This document shows positions 1 through 11,093 of a stretch of 64,000 nucleotides of DNA, one piece after another; the first letter of the stretch is position 1, and each line of letters begins with the position of its first letter. Under the pieces are notes generated by a model. It worked only from the letters and a program-made list of their open reading frames with translations. It made no database searches and had not been told where the DNA came from. The position numbers were made by a program, and so were the translations under genes. The stretch comes from an uncultured cyanobacterium (lineage in GTDB: Bacteria > Cyanobacteriota > Cyanobacteriia > Cyanobacteriales > CAWUOF01), in NCBI GenBank assembly GCA_963744145.1, contig CAVUSO010000001.1, positions 2,496,001 through 2,560,000 of the forward strand. Reading direction: 5' to 3'.

Positions 1-41
1 GTGTACCGCTTGAGGTGTTTGGTAACAAACATCCCAGATAG

Positions 42-1166
<1,125 letters not shown>

Positions 1167-1194
1167 AAAGCTTTTGTTATTTCTGATCAACTGT

Positions 1195-1230
1195 CCCATC
1201 CCCAAGATCGGGGGTGGGTTTACCGTTTGC
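1195..1230 (+). terminator. Probable intrinsic terminator after gap1
   Basis: CCCATCCCC-aagatc-GGGGGTGGG stem followed by a T-rich stretch. Confidence 0.5.
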
Positions 1231-1634
1231 TTTTACTAGGGACTTGGCAATTGTCCAAGCATCGATCGCCCAATCGCGCCTAATTTCTCCCATCGTGATC
1301 GGCTTTTTTTTCGATCGCAGCTAAATCCCTGGCGATGGTAGTTTCAAATTCTCATCATTTTCTCACTACCATAATGGCAATTCCATATTGTCCTAAATTA
1401 CCATTAATTAATAAAATATCGCCGATTCCACCGAAATTTGTGCAATAATTTCGGAGATGATTAAGAAAAACTTTCGATATTTTTCACTAAAAAAAATCAC
1501 GATCAGAAACTTCTGCTCCATTGCATCTTATATTTGCCTGAAGAAACCTGCTAATGTTTGGATTAAGCTCTAACATCTTTATTCATTAATTCAACTTTGA
1601 CCTTCAATTATACTGAGCATAAGAGCCATTACCC

Positions 1635-4600
1635 ATGTTACCCCTATTTTTTAAGCGTTTAATACCCCGATTATATAATAAATCTTCCTTATCAAAAATC
1701 CCCATAAGTCCTAACCTTCGTCAAGTATCCCTGAACCAACTGCTCATCATTCCTTTTGTAGTGCAGATTTCCTTAGCTGTGGGAATAACCGGATATCTAT
1801 CATTTAGGAGTGGACAGCAAGCGATCAAAGACCTAGCAGGACAATTAAGTGAGGAAATTACAGCCCGAACGCGCGATCGCATCCGTAACTATCTTGATGT
1901 ACCGCAACAGATCAATCAATTTAATGCTCATGCAATTGAACTAGGACTGCTAGACTTTCACCAAATCCAAGCAGCTCAACTTTATTTCTGGCGTCAAGTT
2001 CAGACTTATGAGACAGTGGGTAATATCGGTTTTGCTAATGCGGAAGGTCAATATATTCGCGCTGGTTGGGTAAATCGTTTATCTGCGAGTGAACAACCTC
2101 AGATTGCGGAAAGTTTGGTTCCTGGGGGAAATTTCAACTTTTACGATATTGACAAAGATGGGAATCATCTCAGAGTTGCTAAAACTATTCCCAAATATGA
2201 TATCCGTCAAAGACCATCCTATCGGTCAGCGATCGAGAAAGGACAACCAACCTGGAGCAATCTTTATACTAATACCTCTAATTCTTCGTTATTGCAAATT
2301 AAAGCAAATTGGCCATTTTACGATCCTAATGGTAAACTTTTAGGCGTTTTGGGTTGTGAATTGGGGATAAATCAAATCAGTGAGTTTTTACAAACCCTAA
2401 AAATCGGTCGTTCTGGACAAGTCTTTATTATCGAACCAACTGGTGAGTTGGTAGCAACCTCCGTTAAGAATCAATCCGTAATGGTAAACAACTCAAAAGA
2501 ACTGAAACGAATTAATGCGGTGGATAGTGATAGTCCACTCATTCATGGTAGTGCTATTTTTTTAAGCGATCGCTTTGGCAAACTGGAAAATATTCAGAAA
2601 AACACTCAACTCGAATTTAGTTTAGGAGACCAGCGAGAATTTCTCCAAGTATCTCATTTGACTGATAAATATGGATTAAATTGGTTGATCGTTGTAGTTG
2701 TACCTGAAGCGGATTTTATGGAACAAATTAATGCCAATACTCGGACAACTATTTTACTGTGTATTATTGCCTTTGCGATCGCGATTGGTGTGGGCATACT
2801 TACGAGTCGTTTAATCATTCGTCCAATTCATAAAGTTACCAAAGCTGCGGCAGATATTGCTAGCGGTAATTTAGACCAACATATTCAAGCTAAAAACATT
2901 ATCGAAATTGAAACACTTGCCAAATCATTTAACAGTATGGCAGAGCAACTGCGGCAATCTTTTCATACTTTAGAGCAACAAAATCAAGATTTAAAACGTT
3001 TCGACCAACTCAAAGATGAATTTCTGGCTAATACTTCTCATGAACTGCGTACACCGCTTAATGGTATTATTGGAATCGCTGAATCTCTAGTTGATGGTGC
3101 TACGGGAAAACTACCCCAATCTACACAAGCTAACCTCAATTTAATTGTCTCAAGTGGTCGCCGTTTATCCAACCTAATCAACGATATTTTAGATTTCTCT
3201 AAACTTAGACACAAGCACTTAGAATTAAATCTAAAATCAGTGGATTTGAGGACAGTTACCAATACAGTTTTAACCCTCAGTAAACCCTTAGCTACCCAAA
3301 AAAATTTGCAGCTAATTAACTCAATTCCTGCTGAATTTCCTCCAGTCAAAGCTGACGAGAATCGCTTGCAACAGATTTTTTATAATTTAGTCGGTAATGC
3401 CATTAAATTCACTCCAGATGGTCAAGTAGAAGTATCCGCAGTCATCAGAGAGGAAGGTGATATTGCGATTACGATTACTGACACAGGAATTGGGATTTCA
3501 CCAGATAAATTTGAGCGGATTTTTGAATCATTTGAACAAGCAGAAGGTTCTACAGCAAGGGCGTATGGTGGTACAGGATTAGGACTTGCTGTCACCAAAC
3601 AATTAGTTCAATTACATGGAGGTGAAATTAGTGTTAAGTCAGAAGTAGGATCGGGTTCACAATTTACCTTTACTTTACCAAAAGCTCAAGAAAAAGCTGA
3701 GATTTCAGAACAAGTTGCCGCTATTTCTAACCGTGTAGTTTTAGATTTAGCCGCACCAATTATGATTGAAAAATCTGATTCTGTCAGCTTGAGCGGAAAA
3801 CGGTTTAAAATTTTGATTGTTGATGATGAACCAGTTAATCGTCAGGTACTTGTCAATAATCTTTATATGCACAATTACGAGATTACGGAAGTAAGTGATG
3901 GACAAGAAGCTTTGTTAGTAATGGAAAATGGATTTATTCCGGATTTAATTTTACTTGATGTGATGATGCCCCATATGACTGGTTATGAAGTATGCCAAAA
4001 AATTCGCGATCGCTTTCCTGCTTATGAACTGCCAATTGTCATGCTGACAGCCAAAAATCAAGTCGCAGATATTGTCGAAGGATTTTCATCAGGAGCCAAT
4101 GATTATCTTTCCAAACCGATTCAAAAACAGGAAATGTTATCTCGGATTAAGACTCATATATATCTAGCTCAACTAACTTTAGCTTATGGGCGATTTGTGC
4201 CCCGTAATTTTCTGAAATTTTTAGGAAAAGAAAGTATAATTGATGTACAATTAGGCGATCAAATTCAGCAAGAAATGACAATTATGTTTTCTGACATTCG
4301 CGCATTTACTACTTTATCAGAAAGTATGTCTCCTCAAGAAAATTTTAATTTTATTAACTCTTATTTTAGTCAAGTTAGTCCGATTATCCGCCAACATAAT
4401 GGGTTTATTGATAAATATATTGGTGATGCAATTATGGCTTTGTTTCCCAATACAGCTTCCGATGCTGTAGAAGCAGCGATCGCCATGCAGAAACAAGTAT
4501 CTATCTACAACGAAAACCGACAACAGCAAGGTGATCCTCCCATCTCGATCGGAGTTGGTTTGCACACAGGTAATTTAATGCTGGGAACCGTGGGTGAATC

Positions 4601-5042
4601 AGAACGGATGGAAACAACAGTAATTGCCGATGCGGTCAATTTAGCTTCTCGTTTAGAAGGATTAACTAAGCTATATGGAGCGGGAATTTTAATTAGCCAT
4701 AAAACTCTCTGTTGTTTAGAGTATTCAGAAAAACAATGCTTCCGATTTTTGGATCGAGTCATGGTCAAAGGAAAGAAAGCAGCCGTCGCTGTATTTGAAG
4801 TTTATGAGGGAGACGCGATCGAACAGAAGTGCTTAAAGAGTCAAACTCAGGCTCGATTTGAAGTAGCAGTATTTCTCTACTATCAGAAACAATTTGAAGA
4901 AGCACAACAAATCTTTCAAGAGGTTCTCCAAATTAACCAACAAGATCAAGCTGCTCAACTATATGTAAAGCGTTGCCAACAATATCAACAATATGGTATA
5001 GTAGAGGGATGGGATGGCATAACGGAGTTCGATTTCAAGTGA
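1635..5042 (+). CDS. Membrane hybrid sensor: TM-Cache-TM-HAMP-HisKA-HATPase-REC-class III adenylate cyclase
   Basis: H-box SHELRTPL, N-box NLVGNAIKFT, G boxes DTGIGI and GGTGLGL; REC IVDD...LLDVMMP; cyclase FSDIRAFT, DKYIGDA, TVIADAVNLASRLE. Confidence 0.9.
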   Translation: MLPLFFKRLIPRLYNKSSLSKIPISPNLRQVSLNQLLIIPFVVQISLAVGITGYLSFRSGQQAIKDLAGQLSEEITARTRDRIRNYLDVPQQINQFNAHAIELGLLDFHQIQAAQLYFWRQVQTYETVGNIGFANAEGQYIRAGWVNRLSASEQPQIAESLVPGGNFNFYDIDKDGNHLRVAKTIPKYDIRQRPSYRSAIEKGQPTWSNLYTNTSNSSLLQIKANWPFYDPNGKLLGVLGCELGINQISEFLQTLKIGRSGQVFIIEPTGELVATSVKNQSVMVNNSKELKRINAVDSDSPLIHGSAIFLSDRFGKLENIQKNTQLEFSLGDQREFLQVSHLTDKYGLNWLIVVVVPEADFMEQINANTRTTILLCIIAFAIAIGVGILTSRLIIRPIHKVTKAAADIASGNLDQHIQAKNIIEIETLAKSFNSMAEQLRQSFHTLEQQNQDLKRFDQLKDEFLANTSHELRTPLNGIIGIAESLVDGATGKLPQSTQANLNLIVSSGRRLSNLINDILDFSKLRHKHLELNLKSVDLRTVTNTVLTLSKPLATQKNLQLINSIPAEFPPVKADENRLQQIFYNLVGNAIKFTPDGQVEVSAVIREEGDIAITITDTGIGISPDKFERIFESFEQAEGSTARAYGGTGLGLAVTKQLVQLHGGEISVKSEVGSGSQFTFTLPKAQEKAEISEQVAAISNRVVLDLAAPIMIEKSDSVSLSGKRFKILIVDDEPVNRQVLVNNLYMHNYEITEVSDGQEALLVMENGFIPDLILLDVMMPHMTGYEVCQKIRDRFPAYELPIVMLTAKNQVADIVEGFSSGANDYLSKPIQKQEMLSRIKTHIYLAQLTLAYGRFVPRNFLKFLGKESIIDVQLGDQIQQEMTIMFSDIRAFTTLSESMSPQENFNFINSYFSQVSPIIRQHNGFIDKYIGDAIMALFPNTASDAVEAAIAMQKQVSIYNENRQQQGDPPISIGVGLHTGNLMLGTVGESERMETTVIADAVNLASRLEGLTKLYGAGILISHKTLCCLEYSEKQCFRFLDRVMVKGKKAAVAVFEVYEGDAIEQKCLKSQTQARFEVAVFLYYQKQFEEAQQIFQEVLQINQQDQAAQLYVKRCQQYQQYGIVEGWDGITEFDFK

Positions 5043-5155
5043 TCCGAAGTATGATTGTTTTTAGACTATCTCCCTACCCATTCCTTACCTATATCAACAA
5101 TATGGTATATTCTTTGTTTCATAATTTAATAACCCCGCATAATTTGGTAACAGCC

Positions 5156-5419
5156 ATGCAAAATCTCACTAGAATTACCCGCAACCCAGAAGTAATGGGT
5201 GGCAAACCCTGCATCGGAGGAATGCGTGTCACAGTTGGTACGATCGTCGGCTTAATGGCATCTGGACACAGCTTAAACGATATTCTCAATGCTATTTATA
5301 ACCTATTTAAGTCCAACACCAAAACACCACCAGAAGTAGCTTTACTGTTCTTTGCAGGACATTTTATCAAAAAAAAAACTAAAAAATGGGTGAGAACTTC
5401 ATCTGGATGTATCCGTTGA
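5156..5419 (+). pseudogene. Truncated DUF433-family antitoxin-like gene
   Basis: MQNLTRITRNPEVMGGKPCIGGMRVTVGTIVGLMASG matches the DUF433 N-terminus; similarity ends near 5295, where YPxL is expected. Confidence 0.7.
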
Positions 5420-5574
5420 AATCGATTTTTCATGGACATGTCAATCCTTTTAAAAGTCCCTAAACCCATCTTTCACATCTATTTGTAATTCTGTTTTCAA
5501 TTTGGTTACCTTCAATCCACTTAGATTAAAATAACCTTTTTGTGGTTTAACCTACTGAATGTGGAATCTAGAAT

Positions 5575-5597
5575 AGGACAGACATCTTGTCTGTCCT
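5575..5597. repeat. GTGG/GTAG-type REP-like hairpin (GGACAGACATCTTGTCTGTCC variant)
   Basis: Compensated variant of the hairpin at 35563, 35647 and 54969. Confidence 0.65.
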
Positions 5598-5672
5598 AAT
5601 TATTCTTACCAAATTTCTAGTAAAAATCAGAACATTACCATCACGATTTGCTCAAAATATGATCTTGGGTAA

Positions 5673-7145
5673 CTACATAAATATCCCAACTAATTTGATT
5701 TTTTTGCTAGATTCAGTAGGAGTTAGGGATTCACTAAAACCTAAGGTATTTTTCAAAATTTCTTGAGTTTTTTGATAACCAGCATTATTTCCTTGTTGAC
5801 GATAGATATCAGCTGCTTTTTTTACATCTTCAATCGCTGCGGGTTTATTACCAATACTAAAGAAAGTTAATCCTCGGTTGATGTAAGCATTAGCATAGTT
5901 AGGGTTAATCCGGATTGCTTCCGTGTAATCTGTAATTGCACCTTGGTTATCTCCCGTCACTGCTTTCGATAATCCTCTGGTATTATAAGCTTCGGCATAT
6001 TTAGGATTAAGTCGAATCGCTTCATTATAATCAGCGATCGCTGCTGTTTGGTTACCTAGACTAGCTTGGACAAGGCCCCGATTGACAAAGACACTCACGT
6101 AATTAGGATTAAGTCGAATCGCACTGTTATAATCTTGAATTGCTCCAGTTTTGTCACCCAGACCAATTTTAGCTAAACCTCGGTTAACAAAAGCACTCGC
6201 ATCTTGAGGATTAATCGCGATCGCCTGGTTATAATCAGCTATAGCCGCATTTAAGTCTCCCAGATTATGTTGAGCTAGTCCTAGATAAATAAAAGCTTTA
6301 GCATCCTTGGGATTGAGCGCGAGGGATTCATTGTAATCAGCAATTGCTTGGGAGTAATTTCCTAGATTAGCTTTTGCTACCCCACGATTAAACCAAGCAC
6401 TATCATCCTTTGGGTTTAATTGCAAAGCTTGGGAATAATCCGCGATCGCTCCTTGATTATCTCCTTGACGACGCCTGGCATTGCCACGATTATAATATGT
6501 ATCTGGATCTTTAGGATTGAGACGCAAAGCCTGATTATAATCGGCGATCGCTTGTTGATCATTTCCTAGAAACGAGAGCGTATTACCCCGATTAATATAG
6601 GGATTAGGATCTTGGGGATTGAGAGTAATTGCCTGACTATAATCAGCGATCGCACCTTGATGATCACCAAGAATTCGTCGAGCATTCCCGCGATTATAGA
6701 AAGCTGTGGATAATTTCGGATTAATTTGTAAAGCTTGGGTATAGTCAGCGATCGCTTGAGAAGTATTGCCTAAACGACGATAGGCAATCCCGCGATTAAT
6801 ATAAGCATAGACTTCTTTGGGGTTGAGTTGCAACGTTTGATTATAATCAGCGATCGCTCCTTGCTGATCTCCTAGAGCGGCTCGGGCTATACCGCGATTA
6901 TAATAAGCTAAGGCCAAATTAGGATTTTGTTGAATGAGTTGAGTATAAATAGCAATGGCAGTTTGCCAATTGCCATTTTTAGCTTGCTCCATCCCCTCCT
7001 GTAACAATTCCTGGGGAGTAATTTGGTGAACAGGTGGTTGGATGGGAGGAGTTGGTGAGGTTTGAGCCAACAGATGAGGAGAAAAAACATTGATGACACT
7101 AATGGTGCCAAAGCAAGTGAGAATCAAGTGATGGACGTAATTCAT
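5673..7145 (-). CDS. Secreted TPR-repeat protein
   Basis: N-terminal signal-like segment; about 12 34-aa repeats AYYNRG...AIADYNQALxLNP. Confidence 0.9.
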   Translation of the reverse strand: MNYVHHLILTCFGTISVINVFSPHLLAQTSPTPPIQPPVHQITPQELLQEGMEQAKNGNWQTAIAIYTQLIQQNPNLALAYYNRGIARAALGDQQGAIADYNQTLQLNPKEVYAYINRGIAYRRLGNTSQAIADYTQALQINPKLSTAFYNRGNARRILGDHQGAIADYSQAITLNPQDPNPYINRGNTLSFLGNDQQAIADYNQALRLNPKDPDTYYNRGNARRRQGDNQGAIADYSQALQLNPKDDSAWFNRGVAKANLGNYSQAIADYNESLALNPKDAKAFIYLGLAQHNLGDLNAAIADYNQAIAINPQDASAFVNRGLAKIGLGDKTGAIQDYNSAIRLNPNYVSVFVNRGLVQASLGNQTAAIADYNEAIRLNPKYAEAYNTRGLSKAVTGDNQGAITDYTEAIRINPNYANAYINRGLTFFSIGNKPAAIEDVKKAADIYRQQGNNAGYQKTQEILKNTLGFSESLTPTESSKKIKLVGIFM

Positions 7146-7304
7146 ATCTGCCTAGAAAAGAGCGCTCTGATCGTTAGCTTTAAGGCAATATCGCAAATAT
7201 TCTGCAAACATATACAAGATAATTGAATTCTGGGGTGCCAATTCACCCTAATTTTGGATCAAAAAAAAACAGCCAATTTTTGGTAATTGAGGGAGAACTC
7301 GGAC

Positions 7305-7979
7305 ATGAGTCTTTGGTTGGTCTTCAGTGGAGCAATCTTAATTGCAGCTTATTTACTGGGTTCAATTCCCACCGGCTATTGGGTGGGACGCTGGATGTTG
7401 GGGATTGATATTCGGGAGCATGGTTCTGGTTCAACCGGAGCAACTAATGTTTTAAGAATTTTAGGAAAATGGCCAGCTCTGGTAGTATTAGTGATTGATA
7501 CTGGCAAAGGAGCAGGCGCGATCGTCCTATTACGTTGGTTTTATACCTTAGATGTAATGACTAAATTAGCACCCATCAGCATCAATGTCAGTATCTGGGC
7601 TGATTGGTTGACCCCCTTAGCCGGATTAGCCGCTTTATTGGGTCACAGCAAATCAATCTGGCTCAATTTTACAGGTGGTAAATCAGTTGCTACAGGATTG
7701 GGAGTCTTGACGGCCATGTATTGGCCCGTTGGTTTCGGCACCCTGGGGATTTTTGGAGTAGTTTTAGGGATTTTCCGGATTGTGTCACTCAGTTCCATTG
7801 CTGGAGCGATCGCCTGTTCGGGTTTAATGATTAGCTTTGGACAACCTTTACCTAATCAACTCTTTGCGATCGCTGGTGGGTTATATGTGATTTGGCGTCA
7901 CCGCAGTAATATTGAGCGCTTAATCGCAGGAACTGAACCGCGTGTGGGTCAAACCTTACCGACTAATCCCGAATCTTAA
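7305..7979 (+). CDS. plsY: Glycerol-3-phosphate acyltransferase PlsY
   Basis: YLLGSIP, DIREHGSGSTGATN, GGKSVATG, HRSNIERL motifs; ATG at 7305 preferred to TTG at 7287. Confidence 0.93.
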   Translation: MSLWLVFSGAILIAAYLLGSIPTGYWVGRWMLGIDIREHGSGSTGATNVLRILGKWPALVVLVIDTGKGAGAIVLLRWFYTLDVMTKLAPISINVSIWADWLTPLAGLAALLGHSKSIWLNFTGGKSVATGLGVLTAMYWPVGFGTLGIFGVVLGIFRIVSLSSIAGAIACSGLMISFGQPLPNQLFAIAGGLYVIWRHRSNIERLIAGTEPRVGQTLPTNPES

Positions 7980-8798
7980 TTAACTACCAAGTTCTTGCGA
8001 ACGGAGAGTAGCAGCTTTGACTGCTTCAATCACAGCCGAGCGAAACCCAGAACGTTCTAACTGAGCAATCCCAGCGATCGTTGTACCACCAGGACTAGTC
8101 ACACGATCTTTGAGTTCTGCTGGGTGGATTCCTGATGCTTGTAGTAATTGTGCTGTACCGAGAACAGTTTGCAGAGCCAATTGAGCCGCGATCGGACGGG
8201 GCAAACCAGCATAAACTCCACCATCAGCCAAAGCTTCGATCAAAATTGCCACATAACCAGGACCAGAACCAGAAAGACCAGTCACCGCATCCATCAAAGT
8301 TTCCGGAACTTCTACCACTTCTCCTACCGATTGGAAGAGACGATGGGCTAGCTCTAAGTCAGGATTTTTTACATTCCGACCGATCGCGATCGCGGTCATT
8401 CCTGCACCCACAGTTGCTGGCGTATTTGGCATGGCCCGAATTACCGATTGACCAGGAAAAGCCGCTTCTAACTTCTGTAGAGTCACACCAGCCAAAATCG
8501 AAATTATCACTGAGTCATGGTGATCAGATTGCCGGGTAAAACGATCTGTTAACTCTGGAGCGACAGTGTCAAACATCTGGGGTTTAATTGCCAAAAACAA
8601 AACTTCAGCAACAACAGCCACAGTTCGATTGTCACCAGTTACCTGCACCCCATATTTTTCAGCCAAAATCCTTTGACGCTGAAGTTGGGGATCGCTGACC
8701 ATTACTTCATCTGGAAGATAAATTTTTTGGGCAATCAGGCGAGATAAGAGTGCTTCTCCCATCACTCCACCACCAATGATGCCAAATTTAATAGACAT
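7980..8798 (-). CDS. proC: Pyrroline-5-carboxylate reductase
   Basis: GGGVMG, RAMPNT, GSGPGY, VTSPGGTT; conserved position after sepF. Confidence 0.95.
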   Translation of the reverse strand: MSIKFGIIGGGVMGEALLSRLIAQKIYLPDEVMVSDPQLQRQRILAEKYGVQVTGDNRTVAVVAEVLFLAIKPQMFDTVAPELTDRFTRQSDHHDSVIISILAGVTLQKLEAAFPGQSVIRAMPNTPATVGAGMTAIAIGRNVKNPDLELAHRLFQSVGEVVEVPETLMDAVTGLSGSGPGYVAILIEALADGGVYAGLPRPIAAQLALQTVLGTAQLLQASGIHPAELKDRVTSPGGTTIAGIAQLERSGFRSAVIEAVKAATLRSQELGS

Positions 8799-8910
8799 TT
8801 ATTTGTTGATCCAAAGCAGCAATTAGCTTGTTGCTAATTACTAATCCTGTGCGATCGCAGCTAGATCCAGATTAGCAATTAGCAATTAACCAATAATTAC
8901 GGGGACTAAT

Positions 8911-9504
8911 TTATTGAACCACCCTTCCTGGTTCAGCTGGCCAGTTGGGGACAACTGGAGCGGGACGAGGAGTCCGGGCTGACTGGGGCTGCATCACTTC
9001 GTGAACTACACCAGATTGGGTACTGACTTGAACACAGCTTGGGGTAAAGAGGAAGATACTTTCACCAATCCGTTCTTGATGACCATCTAACGCATAAGTC
9101 CCACCAGCGATAAAATCTACCGCTCTTTGGGCTTGATCTGGGTCCATCATCGTTAAATTCAAGACTACAGATTTACGTTCCCGCAATGCTTGAATTGCCT
9201 GGGGCATTTCTTCAAAGGAACGGGGCTCCATTACCACCACTTCCGAAATACTATTAGCAACTCCGGGCATACCAATGACATTATTCATAGCTGGTCTCAT
9301 TCCTATTTCATTAGGGACATTAGGATTTGTTACTGTGCCAATTGACCGTTCCCTTAGACGACGACGGTTCTGACGGTCATCTTCTGCGCTAGGGGGGGCA
9401 GAATTTTCTGGTTCTCCCTCCGTTTCGTCATATTCGTATTCATACTCAACTGGGTCATTTAGACCAACTAGATCCCGTAGCTTGGCCAAAATATTGTTCA
9501 CCAT
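8911..9504 (-). CDS. sepF: Cell division protein SepF
   Basis: EPRSFEE...[15 protein letters not shown]...FLFTP. Confidence 0.95.
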   Translation of the reverse strand: MVNNILAKLRDLVGLNDPVEYEYEYDETEGEPENSAPPSAEDDRQNRRRLRERSIGTVTNPNVPNEIGMRPAMNNVIGMPGVANSISEVVVMEPRSFEEMPQAIQALRERKSVVLNLTMMDPDQAQRAVDFIAGGTYALDGHQERIGESIFLFTPSCVQVSTQSGVVHEVMQPQSARTPRPAPVVPNWPAEPGRVVQ

Positions 9505-9860
9505 TCATGCTCCATCAAAAGTAAACTTAGGAAAATAGGTGCTAACAACTTTCGAGTGTCCGATATGAGATTATTACCTAAGAGGCAGAGCTAGGATAGG
9601 AGTATTGGGTCAGAGTACGTGATGGCATCAGGAAATGATTCAGCTTGGGTTTAATCACCACAATTATCTCCTAATTTCCTCATTCCAGAATGACAAAACC
9701 TTGCCCAATTGGGAATATTTTAGTCTTCCTCCTATCTTAGTTCTTACTCTATCTCTATTTTAGATTTGACTATTCCGACTATTAGCTCAACCAGAAACAA
9801 TTTGGCTAGCCCCAATCAGGTATTGTTGTTGTCAAAGCTGAAATGATCTCAGCCAAAGCA

Positions 9861-10532
9861 TTATATCGCTCGTTCACCAAATAAAGTTGTCCCCAAGCGA
9901 ATATAAGTTGCTCCTGCTTGAATGGCAAGATGGTAATCCTGGGACATTCCCATTGATAGATGTTGCATTTTAATATTTGGGTAGTTTTCTTGGTTGATTT
10001 GAGCCGCTAATTCGCGAGTTTTTTGAAAAACTGTCAAAATTTCCTCCTCATCTAACCCGATCGGCGGAATTGTCATTAATCCCTGAATTTGCAGGTTCCC
10101 ACAGTCATTTAGAGCTGGTAAATTAGCTAGTAGTTCTGGTACTGTCCAACCATACTTATCGGGATCGGGTAACATTTTTACTTGCAGGAGAACTTGTGGT
10201 GACAATGATGACAAGGCAGCTAATCGGTTTAATCGTTGTGCTAATTTCAAACTGTCTAAGGAATGAATCCACTTAAACATTAAGAGAGCTTTTTCAGCTT
10301 TATTGCTTTGCAAATGTCCGATTAAATGCCAGGTGATATTTGCTAAGTCTTGTAACTCAGCTTGTTTGAGGGCAGTTTCAGCAACTTTACTTTCACCAAA
10401 ATCCCTGATCCCAGCCGCATAAGCGGCACGTATTGCTGTTACTGATACCTGTTTCGTGACAGCAATAAGTCGCACTGATGCTGGTAAGGTTTCGGTAATT
10501 TTCGTAATTCTTTCAGTAATGAAACTGGTCAT
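9861..10532 (-). CDS. pipY: PLP-binding YggS-family protein PipY
   Basis: IAVTK, WHLIGHLQSNK, LSMGMS, IRLGTTLFG; follows pipX. Confidence 0.93.
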   Translation of the reverse strand: MTSFITERITKITETLPASVRLIAVTKQVSVTAIRAAYAAGIRDFGESKVAETALKQAELQDLANITWHLIGHLQSNKAEKALLMFKWIHSLDSLKLAQRLNRLAALSSLSPQVLLQVKMLPDPDKYGWTVPELLANLPALNDCGNLQIQGLMTIPPIGLDEEEILTVFQKTRELAAQINQENYPNIKMQHLSMGMSQDYHLAIQAGATYIRLGTTLFGERAI

Positions 10533-10647
10533 AGAGAAAGCCCGGGGGAGATCACTATAGCTCAGGAGATTAAAATCTATGGAAAAAATTATTTTTCCTC
10601 ATTATTTGGCTGGTGTAATCAGTTGATGGTTATTTTGGTAATTAACT

Positions 10648-10917
10648 TTAGTGAAATGTCCGTTGATAAATTACATTTAGTTGCTCGTAATCTTGAGATT
10701 TACCTGTACGTCGAAATAGACGTAGGCGATTTTCTACCATCAGACGAGCATCACTACGGCTAATTGGGTCGAATTTGATCCCACTCAGGCTAGTAGTCAC
10801 TAAAAAAAATAGCCGTTGGGCATAGAGGGTAGTGAATAATTCTTGGTTTTCCTCGAGCAGGCATACCCTGAAGAGAAGACCAAATGTTGGGTGATTCAAA
10901 TAAGTTTCGGTACTCAT
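10648..10917 (-). CDS. pipX: PII-interacting protein X (NtcA co-activator)
   Basis: ETYLNHPTFGLL...LFTTLYAQRLFFLV signature. Confidence 0.95.
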   Translation of the reverse strand: MSTETYLNHPTFGLLFRVCLLEENQELFTTLYAQRLFFLVTTSLSGIKFDPISRSDARLMVENRLRLFRRTGKSQDYEQLNVIYQRTFH

Positions 10918-10995
10918 TCAGGCTCAATTTCAGCAAGTCGGGGCTCGATTTAATTTAATCATGGGTATCACCAATATGTTCAAACACTGGCTATT

Positions 10996-11011
10996 TGTAA
11001 CAATTTACACA
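10996..11011 (-). promoter_or_regulatory. Candidate NtcA box upstream of pipX
   Basis: TGT-N10-ACA (TGTAACAATTTACACA) about 80 bp upstream of pipX; one arm deviates from GTA-N8-TAC and there is no clean -10 at the canonical spacing. Confidence 0.3.
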
Positions 11012-11093
11012 TAGATGTTACTACGGTAGGCGATCATCCTACTAGATCACCAATGTCCTTATTTAAAATAGTCTATATTAAAGATTCTAATAG

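Noticed and set aside
2089..4768. Nested or antisense ORFs in the cyclase gene (and similar ones in proC, rsmB, nusG, rplA/J/L and ArnT)
   Set aside because: Shadow ORFs of well-supported genes with no motifs
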